A stretch of 61,738 nucleotides of DNA from Pseudobacteriovorax sp. (GTDB lineage Bacteria; Bdellovibrionota_B; Oligoflexia; Oligoflexales; Oligoflexaceae), in contig JBNKNM010000015.1 in the NCBI GenBank assembly GCA_050293845.1, positions 1-61,738 on the forward strand, in the 5' to 3' direction. A model generated the notes under the pieces. That model searched no databases, was not told where the DNA came from, and worked only from the letters and a program-made list of their open reading frames with translations. Positions 44,212 through 54,632 of this stretch are shown piece by piece. The first letter of the stretch is position 1. Each line of letters opens with the position of its first letter. The position numbers were made by a program, and so were the translations under genes.

Positions 44212-46362
44212 CTACCTCAATTTTTTCCACACTTTATCCCAATCACTTTCTAGTGCATCAGGGTTACTCTTTGCCCAAGTCCATAATTTTATTAATTTTA
44301 CCTTCTCCAGGTCATTTAGCTCATTCCACTGTTTACCAAAGCGTTTTAGCGATTCTGAAGGCATAAACTGGTCTGCTGCGTTAATAAATCCACTAGGTGA
44401 CTGCATAGCTTCCTGTAAGGGTCTACTCTTATTTAATACACTAGTTTGGCGTTCTATTGCAGGACTACTAGGTCCTTGTTTATAGCGAAACGCATTTATA
44501 TCTCGTTGTTTTTGAGCTAAGTCAGATGTTTGTTTAAGTTTATTCAATAACTCAGTGCCATTTTCTTTTAGTTCACTAGGTAAATCAGGACGATTAATAA
44601 ACTCCTCAAGTTCACCCATGTAGTTTTGAAACCGATTAGCTTTGTCGTTATCATTGAATAGCCTAGCAATAACCTGCTCATCAACTTCACCCTTATAATC
44701 CACTATATCGAAAAATTTATTTTCAAGGTTTTTGGATTCTCTGAACAATGAATCAGCTTCCATTTTCTCAGGACTTACTTTCAATAATGAGTCAATTTCC
44801 TCACGTAAATTCATTAATTCACGCTCACCTGCAGTAGGTTTTTTACCCATTTTTATTCGGTCCCAAGGGATATTTGAATCTATTTCCTTACGTGCTGCTT
44901 GTAGCCTGTTGAACCTATCAGGACTTTTAATACTACTCCAGGAGCCTTCCTTAAGCTTACTAGAGGGCATTCCCCTACCCTCTTCTATGATCAATTGGAC
45001 GTCTTTTATTGGATTTTTTAAACGTTTTAGTTCACTAGGAGCATTACTATCCTCTGTAGCTTCAAGGATTGAACTTAGCTTATTTCTGAAATCAAAAGAG
45101 TTATCCTGATAGCCTTTCCTAGCTTGATCTTGCAGTTGATTAAATCTAACATCCCTAGCATTGATGAACAGTTTTTCAGTGCTTTCGAATAAAGGTTTCA
45201 ATTCTTTAGCCACTTCTTTTTTATCCAAAGCTCTAGCAATAACTCTCTCATTGATACCGTTTTTAAGGATCTTCTGATACAATTCAGCATCAACTTGACC
45301 TGGATAAAGGGTAGCAGCTTTCTTAGCAAAAAACTGTTTAACTTCGTTATCACCATCTTCAAGAAGCTTCAATAAAGCAAAATGCTCATCAGGCAAATCA
45401 TCCATAAAACTAGGACCATGTGGTCCACCACCATCACCTCCAGAACCAACTATTTCATCTTTAGCCTTACTAATTATGGCTTTAAATTCACCACTTTTAG
45501 CTGTTTTATCCTTTATAGCGTTAATAGTGTTTTTTGATCCTTTAATGATTCTATTTACCATTGGAATACCAGACCATTCTGGAACTGAAAGATCATCAAC
45601 TAGAGATTCTTTCTTAACACCTTCTATAAATCCACCTTTAGCTGTTTTAAAACTATCTGCTACTTCATCAGCTTTGTCAGCTAGCTTTTTAGGTTTTATA
45701 AAGGCACCTAATGCACCTCCAAAGGCACCACCTATAGCAGCACTCTTAGCAGTATCTTTGGCAATTTCTTCAATATTTTCACCAGTAGAATCACCAAATC
45801 CTTGAATTCCTCCACCTACAGCACCACTAGCAGCACCTTTAACTATTTGACCACCTAGAGTAGCAGCCTTACCAGCAAATGCACCTGGAGTAGCTAAACC
45901 ACCACCAACTGATCCAGTAAAATAACTTAGTGGATTGGCTTCTTGTAGCCTTTTTTTATTTTCTCTGATTTCATCTCTATTTTCTTCAAAGGATTTCCCT
46001 TTTTCACCTGTAAATGCACCTTTAACATCATCATAAACGGTATTTATAGCACCTATTACTTCATCATCTAACCCCCAACTCATACTACTAGCTGCACCTT
46101 GAACTGCTGATTTTAATGGAGATATCTTATCCATATCTGATTTTCTAGCTGTTTGCATTCGATTAAAAGCTGATTTTTCATAGTAACCTTTATCTAAAGC
46201 TGTCTTGATTTCATCAGCATTTGCTTCAATTTTGAAGACGTCTTTACCATTTTTGGTCACTTCCATATAAGGTTTATAGCCTTTACTTTCGGCTATTTTC
46301 ATCTCGTTTTCATCATCTTTTATCTCAAAGAAATCTGTTCCGTTTTTGCTAACTAATGGCAT
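44212..46362 (-). CDS. large internal virion / DNA ejection-type protein
   Basis: Last and largest gene of the post-tail block; Gly/Ala-rich membrane-like segments followed by a helical body. Confidence 0.6.
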   Translation of the reverse strand: MPLVSKNGTDFFEIKDDENEMKIAESKGYKPYMEVTKNGKDVFKIEANADEIKTALDKGYYEKSAFNRMQTARKSDMDKISPLKSAVQGAASSMSWGLDDEVIGAINTVYDDVKGAFTGEKGKSFEENRDEIRENKKRLQEANPLSYFTGSVGGGLATPGAFAGKAATLGGQIVKGAASGAVGGGIQGFGDSTGENIEEIAKDTAKSAAIGGAFGGALGAFIKPKKLADKADEVADSFKTAKGGFIEGVKKESLVDDLSVPEWSGIPMVNRIIKGSKNTINAIKDKTAKSGEFKAIISKAKDEIVGSGGDGGGPHGPSFMDDLPDEHFALLKLLEDGDNEVKQFFAKKAATLYPGQVDAELYQKILKNGINERVIARALDKKEVAKELKPLFESTEKLFINARDVRFNQLQDQARKGYQDNSFDFRNKLSSILEATEDSNAPSELKRLKNPIKDVQLIIEEGRGMPSSKLKEGSWSSIKSPDRFNRLQAARKEIDSNIPWDRIKMGKKPTAGERELMNLREEIDSLLKVSPEKMEADSLFRESKNLENKFFDIVDYKGEVDEQVIARLFNDNDKANRFQNYMGELEEFINRPDLPSELKENGTELLNKLKQTSDLAQKQRDINAFRYKQGPSSPAIERQTSVLNKSRPLQEAMQSPSGFINAADQFMPSESLKRFGKQWNELNDLEKVKLIKLWTWAKSNPDALESDWDKVWKKLR

Positions 46363-46374
46363 ATATTTATCCTT

Positions 46375-47514
46375 TTAAGGTAGGTCACTGGCTTTCATAC
46401 TTGGCAGTCTATTGATTGTATTGTGGTCAGAATCTTTAAAAGAATCACTAGTTTGACCACCTCTTTCCTTATATGTGTCTTTTACTTCGCTAGAATAAGC
46501 AGCTTCACGGTTTGCCAATTCTTGCATGGCAAGTTCTTTATAGGTTTTTATGGCTGCTATCATTTCTTCTTCAGTGTTGAATTTGCCAGATTGAAACTCA
46601 GTTTTTAACCTTTCCATTTCTGGAGTAGTAACAGCCGCTCCTGATCTGTCTTTTAATTCTGTGTTAAATACTTTACTTATAGATGCTGACAATGTTCTAG
46701 CATCTGAATCATAGAAGGATACTCTACCTACTCCAGGTACAGATACACCAGGTAGGTCTTTTAAAGGCTTACCATTGACTGTATTAGTCTTAGGATCATA
46801 ATCATCAAGATTGAACCCAAGTACATCTTCTACACTTTTAACAGAGTTATTAATTCCTTGAATACCTTTAACATCTTTGCTAAGTTTTTGAACATTTTTT
46901 TCAGTTTCTTTATCTTGCTGAACTTGTCTATTGTATTTTTGATTTTGCCGTTGAACATCCATTCTATTTTTAGTAGCTTCAGCACTTTTGTCAGCACGAT
47001 ATTTTTGCATTAAAACTGGACTTACTTTTTCGAGTTTTTCTGCACTCATTGTATCAAATCCAGGTACTTCGCCTAAGCTTGGTGCAACATATTTCATAAA
47101 CTCACGAGCTTGTTTACTTTCTTCTGAGTTAGGATCACGTGATTTGAGTACTTGATCTTTTTTTCGGGTGTATTCATCTAGTTTAAGGTTTTCATTAAAG
47201 TCCTTTTGATCACGATTAGCATTTTCTTTAGCTTTATCAACACCAATTTTAGCTAAATTACTGGCAATATTAGGATCTACGGTGTTCACTTCATCTTCTT
47301 TTACAGTAGGTGCTTTACCTAGGTCCTGTAGACGGTTATGGAGAATGACATCTTTACGTTGTGATTTATTAAAATCATTCAATAATTGAGTAGCAACACC
47401 AGCATAACCAGCAACATCTTGCATATCTTGAGCATCATTTATTTTCTGTTCATTTTCATATTTTTTACGCATATATTCACGGACCATAGGGTCATTAATT
47501 TTATCAAAATTCAT
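46375..47514 (-). CDS. internal virion / ejection-type protein
   Basis: Charged helical protein with DRSGAAVTTPE; position in the ejection block. Confidence 0.55.
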   Translation of the reverse strand: MNFDKINDPMVREYMRKKYENEQKINDAQDMQDVAGYAGVATQLLNDFNKSQRKDVILHNRLQDLGKAPTVKEDEVNTVDPNIASNLAKIGVDKAKENANRDQKDFNENLKLDEYTRKKDQVLKSRDPNSEESKQAREFMKYVAPSLGEVPGFDTMSAEKLEKVSPVLMQKYRADKSAEATKNRMDVQRQNQKYNRQVQQDKETEKNVQKLSKDVKGIQGINNSVKSVEDVLGFNLDDYDPKTNTVNGKPLKDLPGVSVPGVGRVSFYDSDARTLSASISKVFNTELKDRSGAAVTTPEMERLKTEFQSGKFNTEEEMIAAIKTYKELAMQELANREAAYSSEVKDTYKERGGQTSDSFKDSDHNTINRLPSMKASDLP

Positions 47515-48635
47515 TATTTACGTCTCCTTAGTGAGTCGATAACTCCCAATAAAGCACCTACAACATCATCTTCATCAGGATCATTTCTAGCTTCTACTGA
47601 GCCATGAGGGTTATCATTAACTTCTGCTACAAACTGAGCTGCTTCTATTGGATCATCAGCCTTTGAGCGTGGTATTACTATTTCACCAGGGCTTAAAAAC
47701 ATCATTCTAGTATCATTTTCATAACTATCCACTCCACTATCTTCAGTTACTTCACCACCATGAGCAGCCATGGCATTTCCTAAACCACTACCTACTGAAT
47801 AACCAGCACCAGCTCCAGCAGGTCCTCCATAAACACCTCCTATAATAGCTCCACCAGCACCTAAAGCAGTTCCCAACATCCCACCTCTGCGTCTTCTCTC
47901 TTCTGCATCCTTTAATGCTTTACGATTTAGGTCATCTACTCTAGCTCCATACCTCATGTCCAAAGCCTTATCTTTGTGATTTTGCTTAGCATTAGTATTC
48001 CGATTACTGGTATCCTGACGTCCTGAGTGGTTGTATTGGTTAGTGTTGTTCTGACCAGCGTTATTACTGAACTGAGCATTAACCTGGTTACCAGTATTAA
48101 AGCGGTTGATCGCGTCTTGAGCTGCTGCTACACGTGCTTTTTGATCGAAATCTTGTCCTTTAAAATTACTACCTAATTGACCAAGTCTAGCTGCTGCACT
48201 TTGCTTACGTTCATTCATTTGTGCCATTTTTTCTAGACCTGCTAAAGCTTGACGATCAGCTGCATCCTGAGCTGCCTGCTGTCTTGAAATCATCTCTAAA
48301 CCACTACCACCGATGCCACGAGCAGCCATGTTCTGTTTGATCGCACCCTCAGCACCTCTGAGCATTCGCTTGTTCTGAGCTTCGACACGTGCCATGTCAG
48401 CTTCGTCACGTGTGGTAAACCCATTCTTGCTTTGATCTTCTAAATCCTTCAGAGCTGACATCATGTACTGGTCATACTCAGGATTAGTTGAGACGCTTTT
48501 AAGTTCACTGTCCTTCAATCTAGCTAAAGTTTCAGGATCTAGGTCTTGGAATTTTAGATCCCCAAGCCATTCATACTCTTCTGGTCCTTGGTTTATATAA
48601 TCGTCTAGTATATTCTGTAGGTATGGATCAGCCAT
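47514..48635 (-). CDS. internal virion / pilot-type protein with glycine zipper
   Basis: MAARGIGGSG, Q/N-rich coil, GTALGAGGAIIGGVYGGPAGAGAG and HGGEV...LSPGEIVIP. Confidence 0.6.
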   Translation of the reverse strand: MADPYLQNILDDYINQGPEEYEWLGDLKFQDLDPETLARLKDSELKSVSTNPEYDQYMMSALKDLEDQSKNGFTTRDEADMARVEAQNKRMLRGAEGAIKQNMAARGIGGSGLEMISRQQAAQDAADRQALAGLEKMAQMNERKQSAAARLGQLGSNFKGQDFDQKARVAAAQDAINRFNTGNQVNAQFSNNAGQNNTNQYNHSGRQDTSNRNTNAKQNHKDKALDMRYGARVDDLNRKALKDAEERRRRGGMLGTALGAGGAIIGGVYGGPAGAGAGYSVGSGLGNAMAAHGGEVTEDSGVDSYENDTRMMFLSPGEIVIPRSKADDPIEAAQFVAEVNDNPHGSVEARNDPDEDDVVGALLGVIDSLRRRK

Positions 48636-48677
48636 TTACCGTCTCCTATGTTGTGGTCGTTTTCCAAACTTATTCAT

Positions 48678-49886
48678 CTAATACCGCCTTCCTGAGTTCT
48701 TCCAGTCTTGGTACCACTTCCAAAAACCTTCGTTTCGTTGTAGTTCTTCATCTGTCATCTCTCTTGTGGTTCCAGCACTTCCCTCTTCAGATCCTGATGG
48801 GATGTAACGCTCTGAAAACTTACCTGTTGTCGGGTCATAGCTCACATCATAGTAGTGACCTGCATTTTTGGCGGCAAGGTTATCCAATGCTTCTTGGTTC
48901 ACTGAGACGCTACCCTTGTCTGGGTCGTAGTCGTATTCCTGGCTTCCAAAACCTGATAAGGCTCTTAGTGCTTCTATGTCTCCTGCGTCCATCTGTGAGG
49001 CAGCATCGTAGTCATTCACACTAACGACTGGATCATCTATTCCAGCCCAATATTTGTAATAAGCATTTTCAGCAGTTGCCTTAACTTTATTCTTTGAATT
49101 AATTCGTCCGGCTTCAGCTAGTGCATCCTGATACTTCTGATCGTATTGGCTGTAATATTGATTTGCCAGGTCTTGCACACCCTGTTGTGTTTGTTCATAT
49201 TTAGATTTTCCTTGAGTGTCCAAAGCATCAAAGTCAACTAGTCCTTTGGAATAATCGAGTCCTTGTAGTTGTCCCTGTGCCTGCTTGATCTGACCTCTAC
49301 TACTTGGATCAGCATTGACTAAGAAAGCATCAAGAGCTCCAAACCCAGAAGTGTAATTCCCACCTTGGTTGTAAGCATCTTTAAACAAACCTCGCTGATA
49401 GTAGTTGTCGGTTAAGTTGTCACCTTTCTCTTTCAGACCTTTTTGTTCAACCTCAGTCTGATTAAGTTGATCTTGGACACTTTGAGAAACACCAGACTGA
49501 TATGGTGAATTGATTACATTAGTGGCATTCTTTGCAAAATCAGCTATTTGATTATTTGATAGATTCTGGTTATTTTTAACAAAGTCAGAATTTTGACTTG
49601 CCTTCTTTTCGATTTCCTTCTGGGCATCCTCGTTTATTTTCTGGACTGATGATTCTTGTTTTTCAACATCTTCTTCAACCCCTGAGGTGAGCGTATCTGC
49701 CAACCCTTGGGATTGACCTTGATTCGCATTAAGGTATTTATCAAGGTTAACAAAGCCCGACCCAGTAGGAGCCGTTGGTTGTCCAGTTGGAACACTACCG
49801 GCATTAGGATTGCCAGTGATGACACCTGACCCTGATCCTTGTTTTTTCTTTTCTTCCTCAGTTGGATAGTAACTTTGATAAGCCAT
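48678..49886 (-). CDS. putative internal virion protein
   Basis: Q/N-rich; GSGFVNLDKYLNANQ; follows the tail genes. Confidence 0.5.
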   Translation of the reverse strand: MAYQSYYPTEEEKKKQGSGSGVITGNPNAGSVPTGQPTAPTGSGFVNLDKYLNANQGQSQGLADTLTSGVEEDVEKQESSVQKINEDAQKEIEKKASQNSDFVKNNQNLSNNQIADFAKNATNVINSPYQSGVSQSVQDQLNQTEVEQKGLKEKGDNLTDNYYQRGLFKDAYNQGGNYTSGFGALDAFLVNADPSSRGQIKQAQGQLQGLDYSKGLVDFDALDTQGKSKYEQTQQGVQDLANQYYSQYDQKYQDALAEAGRINSKNKVKATAENAYYKYWAGIDDPVVSVNDYDAASQMDAGDIEALRALSGFGSQEYDYDPDKGSVSVNQEALDNLAAKNAGHYYDVSYDPTTGKFSERYIPSGSEEGSAGTTREMTDEELQRNEGFWKWYQDWKNSGRRY

Positions 49887-50276
49887 TTAAACCATTCCTA
49901 TAATTAATATTCTATATTTTGTTGTTACGTCTAAACCTAAAAAATTTACTGTTATTTGACTGTTTGCGTAGGACCAATACATTGATATTTGAGTTGAGGG
50001 CAAATCACCGTTGTCGTACGTTATCTTTCCAATCAACACAACATTGGGTTTTTCATTCAAGGTCCATTTGATTTTTCTAGTGGTTTCTCCAGCATTTAAA
50101 ACTAACTGTGTCTGCTCAGCTTTAAGGTTGTCATCTATGGTGATTCCCTTAGTTAAAACTTTGTAAACTTGCTCAAGGAAACTATTTAAAGGCGTTATCA
50201 ATTTTCCAAGCCATTTTCTGTGATCGCTTGGGAAATCCTCCATTATCAATCGTTTTATGGTGGATAGTTTTGCCAT
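49887..50276 (-). CDS. phage structural hypothetical protein
   Basis: Tightly coupled downstream of the nozzle gene. Confidence 0.55.
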   Translation of the reverse strand: MAKLSTIKRLIMEDFPSDHRKWLGKLITPLNSFLEQVYKVLTKGITIDDNLKAEQTQLVLNAGETTRKIKWTLNEKPNVVLIGKITYDNGDLPSTQISMYWSYANSQITVNFLGLDVTTKYRILIIGMV

Positions 50277-52765
50277 CAGCGCGCCGTCCTTGTGCTTATT
50301 CCATTGAACGTAAGGCTTATTCCATTGAGTTGGAAATCAGAAAAAGCTACTTTACTTTCAAGTCTCACACTAAGCTGATTGCACCTGACTTTAGATCTTG
50401 GTACTCCCAACCTTATAGGTGCTGTTCCACTCTCGCCACCCCAAACATCTTCACCCCAGACAAACTCACCCCACGCTCCGTTACCACCTGCGTTCGTCAC
50501 CGTTATCGAGTCTTCTGAACCGTCTGAGTCAGAGTAGTAATAGACCGACATCTCTTTTTGAAAACCAGCCTTGAACAAAAGATTAGTTTCAAAGAACTGC
50601 TTGAACCCTACAGGATTACCAGCAAACTCATTGTTCCACTCGATTTGGCAGGAGATAGCTTTTAGATGATCAACGTCGGCGGTGGAGGTTGTCCAAGTCT
50701 GCTCGGTGTCGATCGTCACGGTTCCTGCAGAAGTGTCCACTGATTCTATGTAGGCACTGTTTTCGCCTTGAACCAGGAGATCACCAATTGACATATCATC
50801 TGTGTTGTCGATCGTTACCGTTGTTTCGCTGTAGGATGTGATCGTGCAAAGGTTTCCATAGTCTGCAAAGTCAGTATAATCATACGATTTACGCTCCACT
50901 TTGATCTTGTTGGAGTCTCCTGAACCGAGATACAGCTTGTTATCTGCTGGGTTAACTCCACCTGATTGCAGAACTAGATCCCAATCACAAAAAGTACGTC
51001 CATAGACATCGAAAACGTACTGCTTCGATGAGTAGGTATCTGAGCTAGTCACTGGGACACTCAGGATATACTTACCGTCAACCTCATATGAAACTCCAAA
51101 CACACTTCCTTCCAAAATAGAGCTTGAATAATTATACAGCGGAAGCAGTTCATCCTTGATCGGTAGCGATATGATTGAAACACCGGTGTCGCTGACCTCG
51201 CCAATCCCTGAACTAAAAAATCCATAAATGAGGTTATTCACGACCTGCAAACTTGACGGAGATACGATCTTTGCTGTTGAATCTAGTAAATCGACCGAGA
51301 AACTAGCTTCATTATTTCCTCTCAGGACATAGATGCCGTCGTTTTCTTTGAATATGAACAGACCGTCTCTAAGCGAAACTATTCTTTTTATTCGATCTTC
51401 TGAGCTGCCAACAAAGAAGATGTTCTTAATCGGCACCGCTTCAGGTTGTCCTTCCTTACTGAACATGAGCCCGTTCTTGAACTCGTCATTTGAAGAAGTT
51501 TGGTTGTCGTTGGAGGAAGACTCTAACTGAGGCGACCAGGGTGTTTTTCTACTACTAATCAGCGTAAAAGCATCCGAACCTAGTGCCCTTGACTCTAGGA
51601 GACATCCACCAGGAAGATCGTCTGATCCGGTTGAAGTTAGGTAGGCATAGACTAGAGCACTTTCCGAATTTATCAATTTTATTAAGCTTTTAATGGTATT
51701 GTCGATCCTCACCGCTAAGGAACTCGAAGCTGTGTCAACGACGAAATGCTTGCTTGCTGCACTATAGGATGACTTAGCTGTGTAGACTTCAGTAGTGGTC
51801 CCATCTGAGATGGTTATCGAGTCATCAACCACAAGTCCATTACCACCACATGCAATCAACGTGAACTTGTAGCGGTGCTTTGAAACCACGTCTACATAGA
51901 ATAGATGATTCTTATAGACCGCAATGTCGTTTGCTAGTGGTGGCTCGGCGTTGTCGTTTGCTATCCCTTCCTGAGAGGCTGCAGTATAGATGGTTGCGCC
52001 AAGAAGATCGTCGGTTACGATATCAGTAAAGGTGAAGTAACCATTTGAAATATCAGTACTAGTGATGTTGTATTCATAGCATAGCTGAAGTTCATCGTTT
52101 GGCTCAGCACTACTTCCAGCACTTCTATATACTTGAGCGTAATGTGAGGTACTGAGTCCTGAAGGAATATAGCAAGTAAGATCAACATCTTGGGTTGACC
52201 CTGAAGTATTTTGGAGCACAACCCTACTACTCACACCACCAAAGATAGTGTTTTCTTGAGCATCTTTTCGGGCTATCAAGTATCGATAGGCTACGTACTT
52301 GTTGTTCTCAACTGCCGTTCCTGCTCCTGAAACCGATGCCTCTATGAACGTTCCCTTAGGCATACCGGCCTGATAGATTGAGGATGCCGTATCATCGAGT
52401 TTTTTAAGTCCTTCATCGCTGGTAAGATAGAGGTTCTTTGATATCGCAGCTGTTCTTATGGTGCTGGCATTGGTTGGCTCAGTGATGCTTCCCTTACTAC
52501 TGAAACCACTACCTGAGTCATATAGTTGAAGAGCAGACCCGTCAAACACTAGAGTATTTTCATTAAAGAACACAATCTTTTCTGCTCTCGTGGAACTTCC
52601 AGACAACGTGTAGCCTAAGTTATTGAAACCTCTTCTTGGTTCAGCCAGGTTTAATCTTGATATGTTTATGTTCTTAGCAATCTTTAGGCTACCTTGAGGC
52701 ACACCTGATAGATCGCTGTTATATGTATGTTTTCCTGCTATGTTCAGATTTATGGTTTGGCTCAA
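50276..52765 (-). CDS. tail nozzle / stabilisation protein (T7 gp12 / P22 gp10-like)
   Basis: 829-aa beta-rich protein; NINISRLNLAEPRRG, MFSKEGQPEAVP, LRDGLFIFKE; follows the adaptor gene. Confidence 0.7.
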   Translation of the reverse strand: MSQTINLNIAGKHTYNSDLSGVPQGSLKIAKNINISRLNLAEPRRGFNNLGYTLSGSSTRAEKIVFFNENTLVFDGSALQLYDSGSGFSSKGSITEPTNASTIRTAAISKNLYLTSDEGLKKLDDTASSIYQAGMPKGTFIEASVSGAGTAVENNKYVAYRYLIARKDAQENTIFGGVSSRVVLQNTSGSTQDVDLTCYIPSGLSTSHYAQVYRSAGSSAEPNDELQLCYEYNITSTDISNGYFTFTDIVTDDLLGATIYTAASQEGIANDNAEPPLANDIAVYKNHLFYVDVVSKHRYKFTLIACGGNGLVVDDSITISDGTTTEVYTAKSSYSAASKHFVVDTASSSLAVRIDNTIKSLIKLINSESALVYAYLTSTGSDDLPGGCLLESRALGSDAFTLISSRKTPWSPQLESSSNDNQTSSNDEFKNGLMFSKEGQPEAVPIKNIFFVGSSEDRIKRIVSLRDGLFIFKENDGIYVLRGNNEASFSVDLLDSTAKIVSPSSLQVVNNLIYGFFSSGIGEVSDTGVSIISLPIKDELLPLYNYSSSILEGSVFGVSYEVDGKYILSVPVTSSDTYSSKQYVFDVYGRTFCDWDLVLQSGGVNPADNKLYLGSGDSNKIKVERKSYDYTDFADYGNLCTITSYSETTVTIDNTDDMSIGDLLVQGENSAYIESVDTSAGTVTIDTEQTWTTSTADVDHLKAISCQIEWNNEFAGNPVGFKQFFETNLLFKAGFQKEMSVYYYSDSDGSEDSITVTNAGGNGAWGEFVWGEDVWGGESGTAPIRLGVPRSKVRCNQLSVRLESKVAFSDFQLNGISLTFNGISTRTAR

Positions 52766-52777
52766 TTTCTTCGGTCC

Positions 52778-53647
52778 TTAAAAAAGTGGAGTCGTGAGTG
52801 CTTTTGGAGCACCCTCAATTCTCAAACTGAAGATGCCTTCTAAGCTAGCTCTGATTGCACCAGCTCTTGACATAACAGACTGAAGTCCTTGCTGATCTCC
52901 CATATCTTCTAGAAGTGATGCTGCAGTTAAGTGCACAAGAAGGTTATGTGCTTCAGCTGGTAGATAGGGAAATGGACTTTCACCAGCTAATGCCACCCAG
53001 TCACCGGCTTGTAGTTCACTTGGTAGACTTGAAAGTGCCACCTCAGTCGATGTAACACTGGAAGCTTGGAGATCGATCGACAGCATCTCATATCCACCAC
53101 GGCCTTCAATCAAATCAAATGTGTCAGAGGTTGTCCAAGATGTAGGAACCGAGCTAAATGATAAGGTGTTTGTTCCTGTGTCGATTGCAGTTATCTGTGC
53201 AGCTTCTGTCGTTTCCACGAGTTTACTAGGCCGAATATGGTAGTAGAGCCTTAACGTACCTTCAGATGAGTTAGGAGTAGGATACAAACAAATGTCATTT
53301 GATTGAACGAAAAATCTATCAGGTGTTCCTGTCTGCTCACTCGTGATGTCTTCTATCTGTATGCGTTCGAGGTTGATCACCTGGCTTCCTTTGATCAGCT
53401 TTACTTCCCTTAATGTTTGACCAAGTGCTCTTGAAGGAAAGCGATACTTTTGCTGGCTGGCTGCAATCGAGTACTCTTTAACCTTGATATAATACTCTTC
53501 TCTGTAGCTCACCATCATCGGTGTGATTTCAGAGAGCAAAATGTCGTATGCTGTATCAAGTATTTCTGAGTTCTCATACCTACCCGTTGGCAATGATGCT
53601 TTTTTACCCACCTGATCTAATAATCTAGCAGTAGTGAAAGACGACAT
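52778..53647 (-). CDS. head-tail adaptor (tail tubular A-like)
   Basis: KYRFPSRA, GTPDRF...ICLYPTP...LRLYY pattern typical of phage adaptors. Confidence 0.7.
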   Translation of the reverse strand: MSSFTTARLLDQVGKKASLPTGRYENSEILDTAYDILLSEITPMMVSYREEYYIKVKEYSIAASQQKYRFPSRALGQTLREVKLIKGSQVINLERIQIEDITSEQTGTPDRFFVQSNDICLYPTPNSSEGTLRLYYHIRPSKLVETTEAAQITAIDTGTNTLSFSSVPTSWTTSDTFDLIEGRGGYEMLSIDLQASSVTSTEVALSSLPSELQAGDWVALAGESPFPYLPAEAHNLLVHLTAASLLEDMGDQQGLQSVMSRAGAIRASLEGIFSLRIEGAPKALTTPLF

Positions 53648-53651
53648 CAGT

Positions 53652-53846
53652 CTATCCTTTTATCTTTTTGTACATCTCAATTAGTTCTTGAAGTGTCTCA
53701 TCATCTGCTTCAGGATCTTCTTCTTTTGATTTTTCAGGCTCCTCAACTTCGATCACAGCAGCTTTCTTGAACGGACTCACCATCGATTCTTCACATTTAC
53801 CGATAAGCTCGTCTAGGACGGACATGTCTATTTTTTTAAGCTTCAT
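53652..53846 (-). CDS. small acidic phage protein
   Basis: 64-aa ORF with AAAAGG RBS, in the operon. Confidence 0.6.
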   Translation of the reverse strand: MKLKKIDMSVLDELIGKCEESMVSPFKKAAVIEVEEPEKSKEEDPEADDETLQELIEMYKKIKG

Positions 53847-53867
53847 TTTTAATTACCTTTTTAAGTT

Positions 53868-54368
53868 TTAAAATTCATATGTAAATCCAACCAAAGCACT
53901 TTTAGTTTTTTGGTTATATCCGGCATCTATCCAAAGGTCCTTGAACAGTCTATATCCAACAGTTGCCACATATGATTTGTCGTTGATGCTGTAATATCCA
54001 GAGATCTTGTACTGTGACAATGACACCACCTTTGGCATCGATTGAGACACTTTTTTTATGTCGGAAGACGTGTCTTTCTTAGAATCACTGAACGTTTCAG
54101 TCTTATCCTTAATTTCTTCAACGATCTCAGTAACTTTCGTACCATCTTTAGATTCTGTGATCTTGGTCTTTGTGATAGTGTCCTTAACTTTGACTTTAAT
54201 CACTTTCTCGACAACCTTTTCTTCAACAACAATTTTCTCTACTTCGATTGTTTCGGTGACAATAACAGGCTTGGCTGTTTTCCTTCCAGTAATGAAGCCA
54301 GCACCATACAATCCTATGGCAGCCCCTAGGAGCAATGTTTCTTTGCGTATTAGCCACGACCACATCAT
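53868..54368 (-). CDS. N-terminal TM protein with C-terminal OMP-like beta strands (spanin candidate)
   Basis: LLLGAAIGLYGAGFITG, V/E/K/T-rich stalk, terminal ALVGFTYEF; ATGA overlap with the holin-like gene. Confidence 0.6.
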   Translation of the reverse strand: MMWSWLIRKETLLLGAAIGLYGAGFITGRKTAKPVIVTETIEVEKIVVEEKVVEKVIKVKVKDTITKTKITESKDGTKVTEIVEEIKDKTETFSDSKKDTSSDIKKVSQSMPKVVSLSQYKISGYYSINDKSYVATVGYRLFKDLWIDAGYNQKTKSALVGFTYEF

Positions 54369-54625
54369 TGAGTTATCTTCAATAGCGATCCAATAAGACC
54401 TACTATCAGAGCTGCTAATGTTATTAATTTAAGAGCACCAGTAACATATTTAACGTGAGTTTCTACAGGTTCCAACTTTGTTTCAAGAATTTCAGTTCGT
54501 CGAATGTGTTCTTTAAGTTCAACGTGTTGTTTTGCTAGAGTTACATCTATTGAATCAAGGTGAGTGTCGAGTTTTTCTACATTTGCTTTCAACTCCCTTA
54601 ATGTATCTTTCAAGTAATCTTCCAT
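54365..54625 (-). CDS. holin-like protein (coiled coil plus single C-terminal TM, XhlA-like topology)
   Basis: Heptad N-terminus, EHIRRTEILE, C-terminal ALKLITLAALIVGLIGSLL. Confidence 0.55.
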   Translation of the reverse strand: MEDYLKDTLRELKANVEKLDTHLDSIDVTLAKQHVELKEHIRRTEILETKLEPVETHVKYVTGALKLITLAALIVGLIGSLLKITQ

Positions 54626-54632
54626 AATTTAT

